Assembly (NCBI RefSeq): GCF_006345805.1
Contig: NC_043000.1
Location: 3,286,001 to 3,350,000 of the forward strand
Length of the DNA stretch: 64,000 bases
Source: Octopus sinensis
Lineage: Eukaryota
Reading direction: 5' to 3'
Part shown: positions 1 to 12,374 of the stretch, in pieces
Layout of the letters: every line of letters starts with the position of its first letter
How positions within the stretch are numbered: the first letter of the stretch is position 1
The notes under the pieces: model-generated
The model's input: only the letters and a program-made list of their open reading frames with translations
The model's database searches: none
What the model was told of the DNA's origin: nothing
Made by a program: the position numbers and the translations under genes

Positions 1-638
1 TATTTGATCTTCACTCATTTATTACTGTTCTCATTTTAACTCATGCCCCTTGTCTACAAATCCTTCATCACACATCTGTGACCTCCTCAGCAACACTTTC
101 CGTCTTCATGTGTACTCTTGCTCTGCTTATTTCATTATGTTCTTCTATGATGTATATCCTTATATGCACATGTACGTGTGTGTGTGTGTCATTGATAATG
201 ACATACACACACACACACACAAACACAGACGTATGCAGATAAGGGGATACACATCACAGAAGAACAGAATAGAATAAGTGGCGCAAGAGCACATACAAAG
301 ATGGAAAGTGTAACTGAGAAGGTCATAGACATATGATGAAAGATTTCCAGACAATGGACTTTAGTTAGAATAAGAAAAGTATTAAATGAGTGAAGAACAA
401 ATATACAGTGTGCGTGTTTATTTGGCAAAAAAAACCAAAACAATTACCATCCCGAAATACAACAATATCTATTTCAACACATAACTTCATACCAGGAATC
501 TTGCAACAAAAATTCATAGACTTATATCATTTTAGCAAGCTTTATGTTATTTTAGCAAGCTTAAAGTGATTTCATTTGTGCCACTTCTGTAGTTCTCCCT
601 TTCCTTTGATGCCCTAAGCACACATTTATTTTGCTTAA

Positions 639-859
639 CCCTTTAGCAATTAAACCGGCCATATCCGGCCAAAAGTATTCTGCTTGTTTTATGGTCAAAC
701 TGGCCAGATCTGGTCTCTCACACCAACCCTACAATATCATCTTAAAAATTAACAGCTACCTCATCAAAATCTCATAACTACAAGATAATGCACGATTAAT
801 TCAAAACAATTTGGATAAAAAGGGATTAATTTTGGCAGAATGATGTGAACACTAAAGGG
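639..859. mobile_element. piggyBac-type non-autonomous element (MITE)
   Basis: Terminal inverted repeats CCCTTTAG...CTAAAGGG; TTAA on both sides (635-638, 860-863). Confidence 0.75.
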
Positions 860-1394
860 TTAATGGTTAATCTATTGCTGCATGATAGTCATGGATGGAA
901 AGACTTTGATCATAGATCTGCTCTGTCAACATCACTTTCTTAAGCTCTTCACACCGTATAGAGCATAGACCATTTATGACATTTTTTCATTGTTCTTGAC
1001 TCCAGGCTGTCTTTTCTGCTTCTCTTCTGTTGGATCTCTGATCTTTCAATTCTGGTTCTTAAACTGACAGACTGATAAGTTTCCAGCTGATAAGAGAGAA
1101 GGCCTTCTTCTGACAGGTCTTGGTTTTGAATTGTCATTTATGCTTTTGTAACTTTGCTTTTTTTTTTCTAGGTAGGGTGTTCGCCCAATGCAAACCCATT
1201 TTTACTTCTGGAAAGTGGCAGTCCATATTTGCTGGCCTCTATTTTTTTCACCTGTCTAGCATGGCAGGCCCTACCAGGAGTTTATGTGTCACTGGCATAG
1301 CTCTCAAGGTCATAGAGGCACACAAGCTACCACACTGCAACAAGGGCTGAACCTTGAGTCAGCCTATCAACCTTGACCTAGGGCTAAACAACAG

Positions 1395-1734
1395 GGTAAA
1401 GCACCCTTTTGGTCATGAATGACCATGGGATTACACTTAGAAAGTTCCCCTCCAAGGCACAAATCTGGACAAGGTTGTTTTATGGAAGACCAATAGTCAA
1501 CCATGCATACTAGCCTCTCCTCTCCATGTCACCAATGTTATCCAAAGGAAAGGCAAAGGCTGATACAGCTTGAAACCAATGATGTCACAACTTATTTCTA
1601 CAACTCAATGAATTGGAGCAATGTGAAATAAAGTGTCTTGCTCAAGAACACAATACACAGCCTGGTTTGGAAACTGAACTTGCTACCTCATGATTTTGAG
1701 CACGATGCTCAAACCAATGAGCCATGCACCTTCA
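1395..1734 (-). mobile_element. tRNA-derived SINE, shared head/core with tail type D
   Basis: tRNA-like head plus TTGAGCAAGACACTTTATTTCAC core; tail matches the copy at 34487-34822. Confidence 0.7.
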
Positions 1735-2200
1735 TAAACAACAACAACAACAACAACAACATTGTAAGAGCAAAGTAACATAATTTCCTCTCGTTAGCAG
1801 AGCAAAACTATAATTGCTCTCTCTATGAAGAGCAATTTGACTAAATGCTCCTAAGTCTTTCAAATCAATGTTTATTTCTAATATTTTCATTTCTTTTATT
1901 TCTTTACCTTATTCCTTTAAAATATATTTTGGCTAAATTCTATCAAAATAGTTCCCATTATTCTTTCCTCACACTTACCCAGTTACAAAATCAAACACAT
2001 TTCCATTAACATTTTCAAAAAGAAATTTTTCAGTGAGTTTTTTTATCGTTTCTTTTGTTTCCTTTTTGTTTCTCCCTCACATTTTTTGTTCTTAGACATT
2101 TTACTCTTAAATTTTAACTTTCACACAGTGTCCCCTCTCTTGTCTCTTCTACCACTATTACAACAGACGTTGCTCCTTTGAACTTACTAACTATACATAC

Positions 2201-2518
2201 GTGGAGGCGCAATGGCCCAGTGGTTAGGGCAGTAGACTCGCAGTCGGAGGATCGCAGTTTCGATTCCCAGACCTGGCGTTGTGTGTGTTTATTGAGTGAA
2301 AACACCTGAAGCTCCACGAGGCTCCAGCAGGGGGTGGTGGCAATTCCTGTTGTACTCTTTCGTCCCAACTTTCTCTCACTCTCTCTTCCTGTTTCTTGAG
2401 TTTAAGTAATGCTGCGATGGACTGGCGTCCCATCCAGCTGGGGGGAACACTTATGCCACAGAAACCGGGAAACCAGGCCCATGAGCCTGGTTAGGCTTGA
2501 AAAGGGCACATAAATAAA
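2201..2518 (+). mobile_element. tRNA-derived SINE, tail type E
   Basis: A box TGGCCCAGTGG and B box GTTTCGATTCC; 12-bp TSD AACTATACATAC at 2189-2200 and 2519-2530. Confidence 0.85.
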
Positions 2519-2747
2519 AACTATACATACTATCTTTACCAAAACCTACTTATTCATTTCTCCTCCAGATAAAAATCATTTTATCCAATCTTTCTTCCTA
2601 AGAATTGCATTTAAATGTTGATCCCTTTCAACCCCTGTTTTTTTTTCCCAATAAAATAGCACTAAACTGTTCAAATTAAACATTGACAATAATAGCCCTA
2701 TCCAGTTGTTTTTATATCTCAGTTTAGGAGGAAAGTAAACAGATAAT

Positions 2748-3277
2748 GCTGGTCCAAATAGTCTTCCTCTTTTATGTTCGGACCAGCCATATCCAGCTTC
2801 TCATACAAACTTGACAATGTCATTCTAAAAGCATACTATCACATCATCAAAATCTTGAGGCTACAAGTAATGCATGATTAATTCAAAACAATGTGAATAA
2901 TAGAAATATTACATTTCTAAATATCTCAGTGAGATATAAGCAGTGGTGGTATGATAGAGTAGTTGTATACTGTCAACTTAATGTGACAGTCCCATGAAGG
3001 GAATCACACCACCGCTCTTTAGCCCTAGGAAGCATCAATGCTTCCTGTCGGCCTTGACACATTTCCGGTGTCCTTATGTTTACAAGGGGGAGACAAGCAC
3101 CCCCACCCAGCTAAGCCTGCATCCAGAGACTAGTTTCTGTGTCTTGCTTGTCATCAGTCTGGAGTAGCATGGCTTGCTAGCTGCAGATGCTTGTTTAGGC
3201 CCCGTAAACATATAATAATTCTAGTGAAATAAATTAACATTATATTTGACAGAATAATCTGAACATTAAAGGATTAA
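2748..3277. mobile_element. Degenerate second copy of the piggyBac-type MITE, interrupted by an insertion at about 2910-3225
   Basis: Homology to 639-859 on both sides of the insert; ends ...CATTAAAGGA TTAA. Confidence 0.55.
3108..3183 (-). ncRNA. Type I hammerhead ribozyme-like motif with extended stem I (stem II does not pair)
   Basis: Minus strand UCCAGA-CUGAUGA-13 nt-GAAA-CUA-GUC-UCUGGA; outer pairing AAGCC/GGCUU and CAGCU/AGCUG. Confidence 0.6.
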
Positions 3278-3684
3278 AGTATAACATTTTCTTCTTTTCC
3301 CTACATTTTCTGCTTTCTCTTTCAGTTACTTATCTATCTTCTCTAGATCCAGCTGTACTCCCTGCCATTACATCAAATATTTCAATGACAAGGTGTTAGC
3401 TCTTTTCAAAGTTATTTCTTTAGAAACCAAATCTATAATCCCTTCTGTATAGCTAGAGTGTATAACACCCACTCCAAGAAAAATTCTATGCTAATTTAAT
3501 TTTTCAGAACTCACATTTCATGGCACACAAATTTATTTTATCATATGTGCATTTTTGCTGACAAAGACCATTACTAGTTTTATCAAACTCTATGTTTTTC
3601 CTTTAATTCTCTTATGCTAATCTCGAGATATTTGGTTTCTGAAGCCACACTAATGGTAATCCATCCATCCATCTAGAGAGTGGG

Positions 3685-3754
3685 CGAGAGAGAGAGAGAG
3701 AGAGAGAAGGAAGAAGAGGAGGTGAGTGAATGTATGAGAGAATGTCATGAGAGG

Positions 3755-3815
<61 letters not shown>
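3685..3815. repeat. (GA)n microsatellites
   Basis: Direct reading. Confidence 0.95.
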
Positions 3816-3820
<5 letters not shown>

Positions 3821-4244
3821 TTACATTGTTAATCTACATGATTTGGAAATCAATTATATGATAGAATTCAAATGTATAAAAATTTCCATGACTAATTACT
3901 TCATTATATACATCAGATAATTCAACAACATAAGAAATCAAGAAATGTGTTTCAGACTTGGATTCAGCAACACTCCCAATGAATTTACAAAAGCACAGTG
4001 AGAAACCTTCCTGGCCTTTATGAGTAGCATTAACATAGAAATGTTTAATTATGGTTTTGTTTTCCCCTGCTTTTATGGATACATTTTTATATTTCAAGTC
4101 TAAAATTTGCTGACAAGACATGTGCTCTTTATTTTTAAATGTACCAAAAAATTGTTCCATATTTAATGTGGCTGTATTATGGATGGGAGAGTGAATGGTG
4201 TAGGCTGAGGAGATGGATGAACTTAAGTCCACAAAGACTATTAC

Positions 4245-4455
4245 TAATAGTGGTTTCAAATTTTTGCACAAGGCCGGCAAGTTCTGGGGAGGGGGCAAGT
4301 TGAATACATCAACCCCAGTACTCAACTGGTACTTATTCTATCAACCTTAAGGCAAAGTTGACCGTGGCAGAATTTGAACTCAGAACATAAAGATAGACAA
4401 AATGCCACTAAGCGTTTTGCCTGGCGTGGTAATGATTCTGCTAGCTCGCTGCCTT
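4245..4455 (-). mobile_element. SINE family B (tail variant B2)
   Basis: Reverse complement of GGCAGCGAGCTAGCAGAA...GAGTTCAAATTCTGCC...GCCTTGTGCAAAAATTTGAAAC. Confidence 0.7.
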
Positions 4456-5459
4456 AAGATTATTACTAATAATAAAACATTGACAACAAAACCAAAATAT
4501 CACAGTCTGATAGCACAAATTTATGAAAAATTGGGTTGTTTACTGAACATCAGTAGCCATATATAACCAATACCTGATATATGTGTTACATAATTTAATG
4601 ACTGCGTTACCTTTAAGACAAAGTTTTAATTATCTCCATGAAAAAATTCTCCAAGAGAGATGAAAAGAATTACTAATAAACTTTCATCTGCTTGTCAGCT
4701 ATTTGCAATGAATGAGTGATAAAAAAAAAACCCACAGCAGTGGCATGCCAGCCTGATGGCCAATTGTGGCTGCATAAAACATCATAGCCAGAAATATGAG
4801 TTTTATATCTTGTATGGCAATTCTCTGGGCCAAAATATAAGCAACTATATTGTTGAGCTGAAAAAAGACAGAACTGAAATATGGTATACCTAAAATGTAG
4901 TTTATTTGTGATAAATCTATAATTTCATACTTTATTCCAGTATACTGTCATAATATTGTATTTAGATGCACAGTATCACATATTTTCCTCGACGAATCCA
5001 ACTTAAAATATCTTTCAATCTGCGTATGATGAAACATATTAAATTTATTTTTTTCCACAAAATATACTTGGAAAATAGGGATGCATCTCATGTTAGAGTA
5101 AATTTTATATGCTAGTAAATACAATGATTGATTTTACAGTTGGGTTCCTTTTTTACTGTTAAGCAAGTCAACTGTGAAGTAAGGGTGAGTGGAACCTGTT
5201 ATAGTTTTCCATCAAGTCAACTGAAATGGACATTATATGCATAACTCATGAGTGCAACCTTAGAGCCTTAATTAAGATTTGAGCTTATGCAACTCAGCAC
5301 TTAAACTTTGAACCATAATGCCACAAGCTAATGAAGGAGCCTCTATGTAGTTTCTCAGTCTACTAGAAATAGAAGCCAAATTTCTCTCAAACCACAATGT
5401 ACTATCTTTAAAAAACCCAGGACATATTGGATAATGTAGTCCTAAACACTTGTATGCTT

Positions 5460-5790
5460 CCTGCTCTTGCTTGATGGGACAGGGGTTCGTCTCACAGAGG
5501 TGTCATCATGCAGAGAGCTGACCCACTCCACCAGTGCTCCCCATCACAGGTAGTTCCATGCCAGCCTGTCTGCATCCTCCAGGATGATGTCAAGCCTCTG
5601 GAGATCTCCCTTAACCATGTCCAACCATCTGCTGTGGGACCTGCCATGAAGCCTCTTCCAGCCCTCAGCAGCTGCATTGAATGAGAGTAAAATCCAAATA
5701 GGATGATCTAAGGAAGGTGGAGGACATGTCCACACCAGCGCATGTGCCAAGTAGCTATGTGGTAGGAGGTTGCGGGTTGGTCATAGTTGG
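5460..5790 (-). pseudogene. Degenerate RTE-type LINE C-terminal/3' fragment
   Basis: Frameshifted translation MRWCGHV...GWKRLHGRSHSRWLDMVKGDL, resembling the LINE motifs RWYGHV and GRPxxRWxD. Confidence 0.6.
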
Positions 5791-6632
5791 AATACATTTG
5801 GACATTGGTCTACTTAATCAAAGCCAACTTGGATCTAAACAACAGGGACAACATTATGTTTTGATTTAGAGCATCTGTCTTACAAATGAAAACAGATTGT
5901 AATGAATCAAAACAGATTTGCTAGCTGTAAAGAGGTAGATTTTCTCAACATCATCTCAGAATACAAATATACATAGAGTGGCAGTGTGGTTAAGAGAATA
6001 GACAACTGATCAGATGGATATCATTTCAGATCTTACTACAGTTGCTCTGTTGTACATCTGAAAAAAGAAAAAAGCACCTGACTGTTCATGCTTGTGCTTA
6101 CATTACTGACATAACTGAATGTCAGTGGTTGGAGAAACCTCACCCAAGTATACCCACAATAATTGATCTAACAAGTAAATCATCACAACTATAAAAACAG
6201 AATGAAGGAGCAGCCTGTTATGTATGTGTTTGTGTACATACACATGCATGTGCATCTACAAGACATCAAATTAGCAAAGTTGTTAAAGTGACAAATATGA
6301 TGTCTTACAACATTTGTTCTGGTTATTCCACCTGGTCAACTTTGCTTTATCTTTTTGGGGTTGATAAATAAAATGCTAATTCATAGATTGGTGGAACATT
6401 AAAACATAAGAAAAGATGCCTAGCATTTGCTTTGTCTCTTCTTAGTTCAAATAATGCCTTCTGTCAACCTTTGCCATAAAAATGGGGGTTTTCAGATCCA
6501 GTTAAAAACAGTGATAATCTTAAGAAGCACTAAGAAAAGTGTTCAAGTATTTCAGGCATTTGCCTGCAATGCAAGCATATCAGCTGGTATGAGAAGCTTT
6601 AAAAAAAGAAAAAAAAAACAGAAAGAAGATAC

Positions 6633-7048
6633 GTGGCTGTGTGGTAAGTAGCTTGCTTTCCAACCACATGGTTCCGGGTTCAGTCCCACTGCGTGGCATC
6701 TTGGGCAAGTGTCTTCTGCTATAGCCCCGGGCTGACCAATACCTTGTGAGTGGATTTGGTTGACGGAAACTGAAAGAAGCCTGTCGTATATATGTATATG
6801 TATATGTATATATATGTATGTGTGTATATGTTTGTGTGTCTGTGTTTGTCCCCCTAGCATTGCTTGACAACCGATGCTGGTGTGTTTACGTCCCCATCAC
6901 TTAGCAGTTCGGCAAAAGAGACCGATAAAATAAGTACTGGGCTTACAAAGAATAAGTCCCAGGGTCAATTTGCTCGACTAAAGGCGGTGCTCCAGCATGG
7001 CCACAGTCAAATGACTGAAACAAGTAAAAGAGAGTAAAGAGTAAGAGT
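6633..7048 (+). mobile_element. SINE family A (tRNA head, internal TA/TG microsatellite, (AAAGAGT)n-like tail)
   Basis: Matches about 20 other copies in the window. Confidence 0.9.
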
Positions 7049-7418
7049 ATGTTTATATCAATATCAAGCAATTTGATCAACCCAGCAATCACATTTGACT
7101 CTGGCTACACTGGGGAATTACCTTCAAGGATTTACTCATTCATATTGAATATGCTTAGCACAAGCTGCCTCATGAGACATCAAGATGTTTTGGTTCCCTC
7201 TCACCTCATCAGCTACAGTTAAAATAAGAAACAATTTCTCATCCAGCCACATGATTCATAGCTGTAGTATATTACTATCATTTTCACATTCCCTTTTCCA
7301 TGCTGGCATGCATTAAACGAGGACTTTTGAGTGGAATTTTATAAATAGGTAATTTTCCTGATGCAACCCTTTTAGTCACATCTTACAACATACAAGAATA
7401 CCAATTCTAAAAAGCACA

Positions 7419-7570
7419 TTTTTACATATCTGTATATAAGCATATGTATGTATGTATGTATTGTGGTATTACATGCGTGTGTGTGTGTATATATATATAT
7501 ATATATCATTATCATCATCATCATCATCGTTTAACGTCCGTTCTAAACAATGATGATGATGATGATGATG

Positions 7571-7604
<34 letters not shown>

Positions 7605-7658
7605 GCATGTAATACCACAATACATACATACATATGCTTATATACAGATATGTAAAAA
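7419..7658. repeat. Near-perfect fold-back inverted duplication
   Basis: Arms TTTTACATATCTGTATATAAGC... and ...GCTTATATACAGATATGTAAAA; 12-nt centre. Confidence 0.85.
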
Positions 7659-8044
7659 ACACACATATACATTTTAATTGAAGTGCACAGTATCATACAT
7701 CCATTATGTCCAATCTTCACAATCAGTTTCGCACTGATGGTTCAACAGATATTATATAACAGCCTTATTATGTAAACCTAGGCTCTTCAGAGTTCAGTTA
7801 TGGAAAAAAAATTGGCAACCTCTCTTTTTTCTCTTCCATAACTGCCAACTCTGAAGAGGTTACAAAATCAGGTTGTTATCTAGCATCCTATTAAATCCCC
7901 AGTGGGAACAGATGGAAAAATTGGATGTAATGGGTATATGTTACTATACATTTCAATTAGTATACCCACTCTATTGACAAATATATGAGTGCATAAATTT
8001 TTTGACTGATGGATTCTTAGATTGCATATGTGTGTGTGAGTGTG

Positions 8045-8092
8045 TATAATATATATATATATATATGTGTGTGTGTGGTGTGAGTGTGTATA

Positions 8093-8158
<66 letters not shown>

Positions 8159-8193
8159 ATACATATATATATATATGTGATATATATATATAC

Positions 8194-8279
<86 letters not shown>

Positions 8280-8330
8280 AACATATGTATGTATATATAT
8301 TTGTATATGTATATATATGTGTGTGTGTGT
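8045..8330. repeat. (TA)n/(TG)n microsatellite
   Basis: Direct reading. Confidence 0.95.
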
Positions 8331-8711
8331 AAATGTATGCTTGTGTGTATGTGTACACATACGTAAAATACTTAAGTAAAAAAGGATGTTTACAAAACAG
8401 AAGTTATAATTTTTTACTGTTCAACCATCATTATATCAACCACTCAAATGCGTGGGAACTCAAATACATATTTGCTTAGTCTATGATTCTAATTGAATGA
8501 ACTAGAATGTTCAATAATGTACATATAAATAGAACCCGAAAAACCCAGGGAACTTAATTTTGATAAATGGAAAAAACAAAACTGAAGTAAATCCATATGA
8601 AATCTCAGTTTCATGAATAAAAATTATGTGAACTCAACATGATGTTCAGAATACTGTTATCTCTCCACTTATTAGTTCAAATATACCCCTTCCTACCTAT
8701 TCCAACTTATG

Positions 8712-8746
<35 letters not shown>

Positions 8747-9159
8747 GTGTGTGTGTGTGAGTGTGTGTGTGTATGTATATATACACACATCAATACACAT
8801 GTGTGTGTATGTATATATGTATACACACACTTATTTATACATATACATATACACATTTATATATATATATATATATATCGTTGCTATTATGCAAAAGTGT
8901 TGTAAGTCCAAAACATTGCTTTTCCAGAAAATGAAAAAATAGTTTCACCATTCCATAGCAAAACCGTTGTACTACACTTTGACAATTTTTGATATCTTGG
9001 CAATCTAAAGCAGCTGGAGATACAATTATTTGGCCAAAAGAACTGACAATTGCAAGCAAAAATAAATATTGGAAAAAACAAATTTGGACATACAACAGTT
9101 TAACATCATAGCAACGACATGTATACAATAAATTCTAAATTTATAGTGGTACTTATTGT

Positions 9160-10085
9160 TAACTCTTATTTTGCTAACAGCATCCTAGCCCATGGCTTGA
9201 ATGGCTCTCATTAGCCTTTCATCTACTCCTAGCTTTTGTGGTGACCACCAGATAAAGGATTGATGTATCTCATCAAAGGAATTCTCCAAGTCAACATATA
9301 TGCCAAGTACAGTGCTTTACTTTTTGCTAAATGCCTCTCTTGTACTTTGTGAACCATAAGAAGAGCATCAGTAGCGCTTCTCTCTGTTATGAAACCAAAC
9401 TGCATCTCATCTAGGTTAACTCTTTTTCTAATTAACGAGGCTATGGACTCTTTCAGTGACTTTCATAACCTGGTCCAGTAATTTGACAGCTCTGTAATTA
9501 CCTCTTTCTGGGGGAAGCACTCCATCGGTTATGACGACGAGGGTTCCCGCTGATCCGATCAACGGAACAGCCTGCTCGTGAAATTAACATGTAAGTGGCT
9601 GAGCACTCCACAGACACGTGCACCCTTAACGTAGTTCTTGGGGATATTCAGCGTGACACAGAGAGTGACAAGGCCGGCCCTTTGAAATACAGGTACAACA
9701 GAAACAGGAAGTAAGAGTGAGAGAAAGAGTGGTGAAAGAGTACAGCAGGGATCACCACCATCCCCTGCCGGAGCCTCGTGGAGCTTTTTAGGTGTTTTCG
9801 CTCAATAAACACTCACAACGCCCGGTCTGGGAATCGAAACCGTGATCCTATGACCGCGAGTCCGCTGCCCTAACCACTGGGCCATTGCGCCTCCACACCT
9901 CTTTCTAAGGCATCTCCTTTACCCTAACCCTTGTACCCCAATCATTGGGAATGATGCCTTCCTGTACAACCTGATTAACTGTATGACTGACTAGGCCATA
10001 GCCTATGCTGCCAGATATTTTGAGCATTCCAGAGATAATTCCGGATGGATCAGGAGCTTTCCCAATCTCCATTTTTCTTAATTAC
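9160..10085 (-). pseudogene. Degenerate RTE LINE reverse-transcriptase fragment, split by a SINE
   Basis: Aligns by eye to the RT of the 14628-17744 element (GKAP-type, NYR.KLLDQVMKV, DEMQFGF and DLENSFD regions). Confidence 0.75.
9510..9896 (-). mobile_element. tRNA-derived SINE, tail type C
   Basis: Same head as 2201; 10-bp TSD ACCTCTTTCT at 9500-9509 and 9897-9906. Confidence 0.9.
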
Positions 10086-10293
10086 TTTATCTATATATGA
10101 AATAAAATGGAATTCAAAAATACTGGTGAAAGTCTGTTGGAGCAAAACTTGGATTATTTAGAAAAATTGAGAAGAAAAATAAAGTGAAATTGGGGTGGAG
10201 AGTGGAAGCTCCATCATTTCAGGCAGAAACTTTCATCAGAGAAAAGCTTACATGAAAGTGCTGCTTTTGTTAATTTTTCTATACATATGTATA

Positions 10294-10701
10294 GGCGCAG
10301 GAGTGGCTGTGTGGTAAGTAGCTTGCTAACCAACCACATGGTTCAGGGTTCAGTCCCACTGCATGGCACCTTGGGCAAGTGTCTTCTGCTATAGCCCCGG
10401 GCCGACCAATGCCTTGTGAGTGGATTTAGTAGACGGAAACTGAAAGAAGCCTGTCGTATATATGTATATATATATATATGCGTGCGTGTGTGTGTTTGTG
10501 TGTCTGTGTTTGTCCCCCTAGCATTGCTTGACAACCGATGCTGGTGTGTTTACGTCCCCGTCACTTAGCGGTTCGGCAAAAGAGACCGATAGAATAAGTA
10601 CTGGGCTTACAAAGAATAAGTCCCGGGGTCAATTTGCTCGACTGAAGGCGGTGCTCCAGCATGGCCGCAGTCAAATGACTGAAACAAGTAAAAAAAAAAA
10701 A
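10294..10701 (+). mobile_element. SINE family A
   Basis: Full-length copy starting GGCGCAGGAGTGGCTGTGTGG. Confidence 0.9.
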
Positions 10702-10923
10702 ATGTATTTATTCATTGAGCAGGTCTGAATGTTCTATAACATTCTCTGCTGCCAGCTTGTACAGATATTGATAATGATTGGCTGAAATATGTATGGTCAA
10801 GCTTAAGGTCTTCCCAAGCCTATCAACAATTTCACTAGTGAAAGGAGGTCAGGTTTGAATTAAGGGCCAAAACAAATAGCACAAGGCATACTATCTGATA
10901 CCATTACAAAATTAATGGATTTA

Positions 10924-11120
10924 AAGGCAGCAAGCTGGCAGAAACATTAGCACGCCAAGCAAAATGCTTGGCGGTATTTTGTCTGTCTTTACGTTGTGAG
11001 TTCAAATTCCTCCGAGGTCGACTTTGCCTTTCATCCTTTCGGGGTCGATAAATTAAGTTACGTACCAGGGTCGATCTTATCGACTGACCCCTTCCCCACA
11101 AATTTTGGGCCTTGTACCCA
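10924..11120 (+). mobile_element. SINE family B (tail B2)
   Basis: Head GGCAGCAAGCTGGCAGAAAC; B box GAGTTCAAATTCC. Confidence 0.8.
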
Positions 11121-11447
11121 GAGAAGAAAAGAATATATCACCACCATTAAGTATCTTCTTTTTCTTGCTTGCAGGGAGCAGTGAGAATTTATTGAAGTAG
11201 ACTTTCTACAGCCAGATGCTCTTACTGTTGCCAACTCTCACCAGTTTCCAAGCAAGGGAATATTTCTCCATACCCAGATAAGTTTTTCACAGAAGAGTGG
11301 AAACAAACAACCTTACTTGTATGATGATGATGAAGATGCTCATCTAGAAACCATCATGTGATGTCTAGATCACCCACACAAATATATATACATATATATG
11401 TATATACACACAACCAAAACACATGTAAATTTATATCTATACTCTAT

Positions 11448-11512
<65 letters not shown>

Positions 11513-11515
<3 letters not shown>

Positions 11516-11879
11516 ATATAAACGGCAGTTTGTCTGTGCGTGTTCTGTGTGTCTGTTTTCTTGTACCCTCACCCTGACCACGGCTTTCAACCGTTCTGAT
11601 GAAACTTGACACATAGCCCAATGTCATAATTTAAAACTAACACAGCGAAAATTTTGAAAAGTTCCCCCAGTTTTGAAAAAAATCGATAAATTCGACATGG
11701 GTCGAGAATCAGAAACACAAACCGCAAACTGTCTAGGGGACGCAACTCCACCTTTTTTAACTAAAAAAAAATTACCATCATTTTTTTCCATCTTCTTGCT
11801 ATTTTTTGGCTATAACTCTCTAAAAATGCTTTATAGTTATTTCGCTTACAAACCTGAGCAACGCCGGGCGATACTGCTA

Positions 11880-11880
<1 letters not shown>
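11513..11880 (+). mobile_element. Non-autonomous Helitron
   Basis: 5' TC, 3' hairpin CCTGAGCAACGCCGGG plus CTAG, inserted between A and T, no TSD. Confidence 0.8.
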
Positions 11881-11918
<38 letters not shown>

Positions 11919-11920
<2 letters not shown>

Positions 11921-12145
11921 CGGCGAGCTGGCAGAAACATTAGCACGCCGGGCGAAATGCTTTGTGGTATTTTGTCTGCCGTTACGTTGTGAGTTCAAAT
12001 TCCGCCGAGGTCGACTTTGCCTTTCATCCTTTCGGGGTCGATAAATAAAGTACCAGTTACGCACTGGGGGTCGATGGAATCGACTTAATCGCTTTGTTTG
12101 TCCTTGTTTGTCCCCTCTGTGTTTCGTCCCTTGTGGGTAGTAAAG

Positions 12146-12150
<5 letters not shown>
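11919..12150 (+). mobile_element. SINE family B (tail B1)
   Basis: Full-length copy ending GTAGTAAAGAAATA. Confidence 0.9.
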
Positions 12151-12181
<31 letters not shown>

Positions 12182-12269
12182 TGAGATAGGGGTTGTAAAT
12201 GCAACCCTCCATGGGATAACATATATCCAATATACTGCTAGTGAAGTACCCAACAAAGTTAATACATAA

Positions 12270-12301
<32 letters not shown>

Positions 12302-12324
12302 CACACACATATATATATATATAT

Positions 12325-12370
<46 letters not shown>

Positions 12371-12374
12371 ATAT

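Noticed and set aside
949-1137. 62-aa charged ORF
   Set aside because: No motif or splice context; adjacent to a dispersed repeat fragment
2201-2275. tRNA-like sequences (here and at every SINE head)
   Set aside because: They run into SINE bodies with TSDs and lack a complete acceptor stem; not tRNA genes
8835-9128. ORF with a hydrophobic N-terminus and DCQDIKNCQSVVQRFC, superficially ShKT-like
   Set aside because: Lacks the terminal CxxxCxxC pairs, runs into (TA)n, and has a weak donor
10735-10810. Minus-strand NHYQYLYKLAAE, resembling a PTP C-terminal helix
   Set aside because: Too short, with no other PTP motifs in the window
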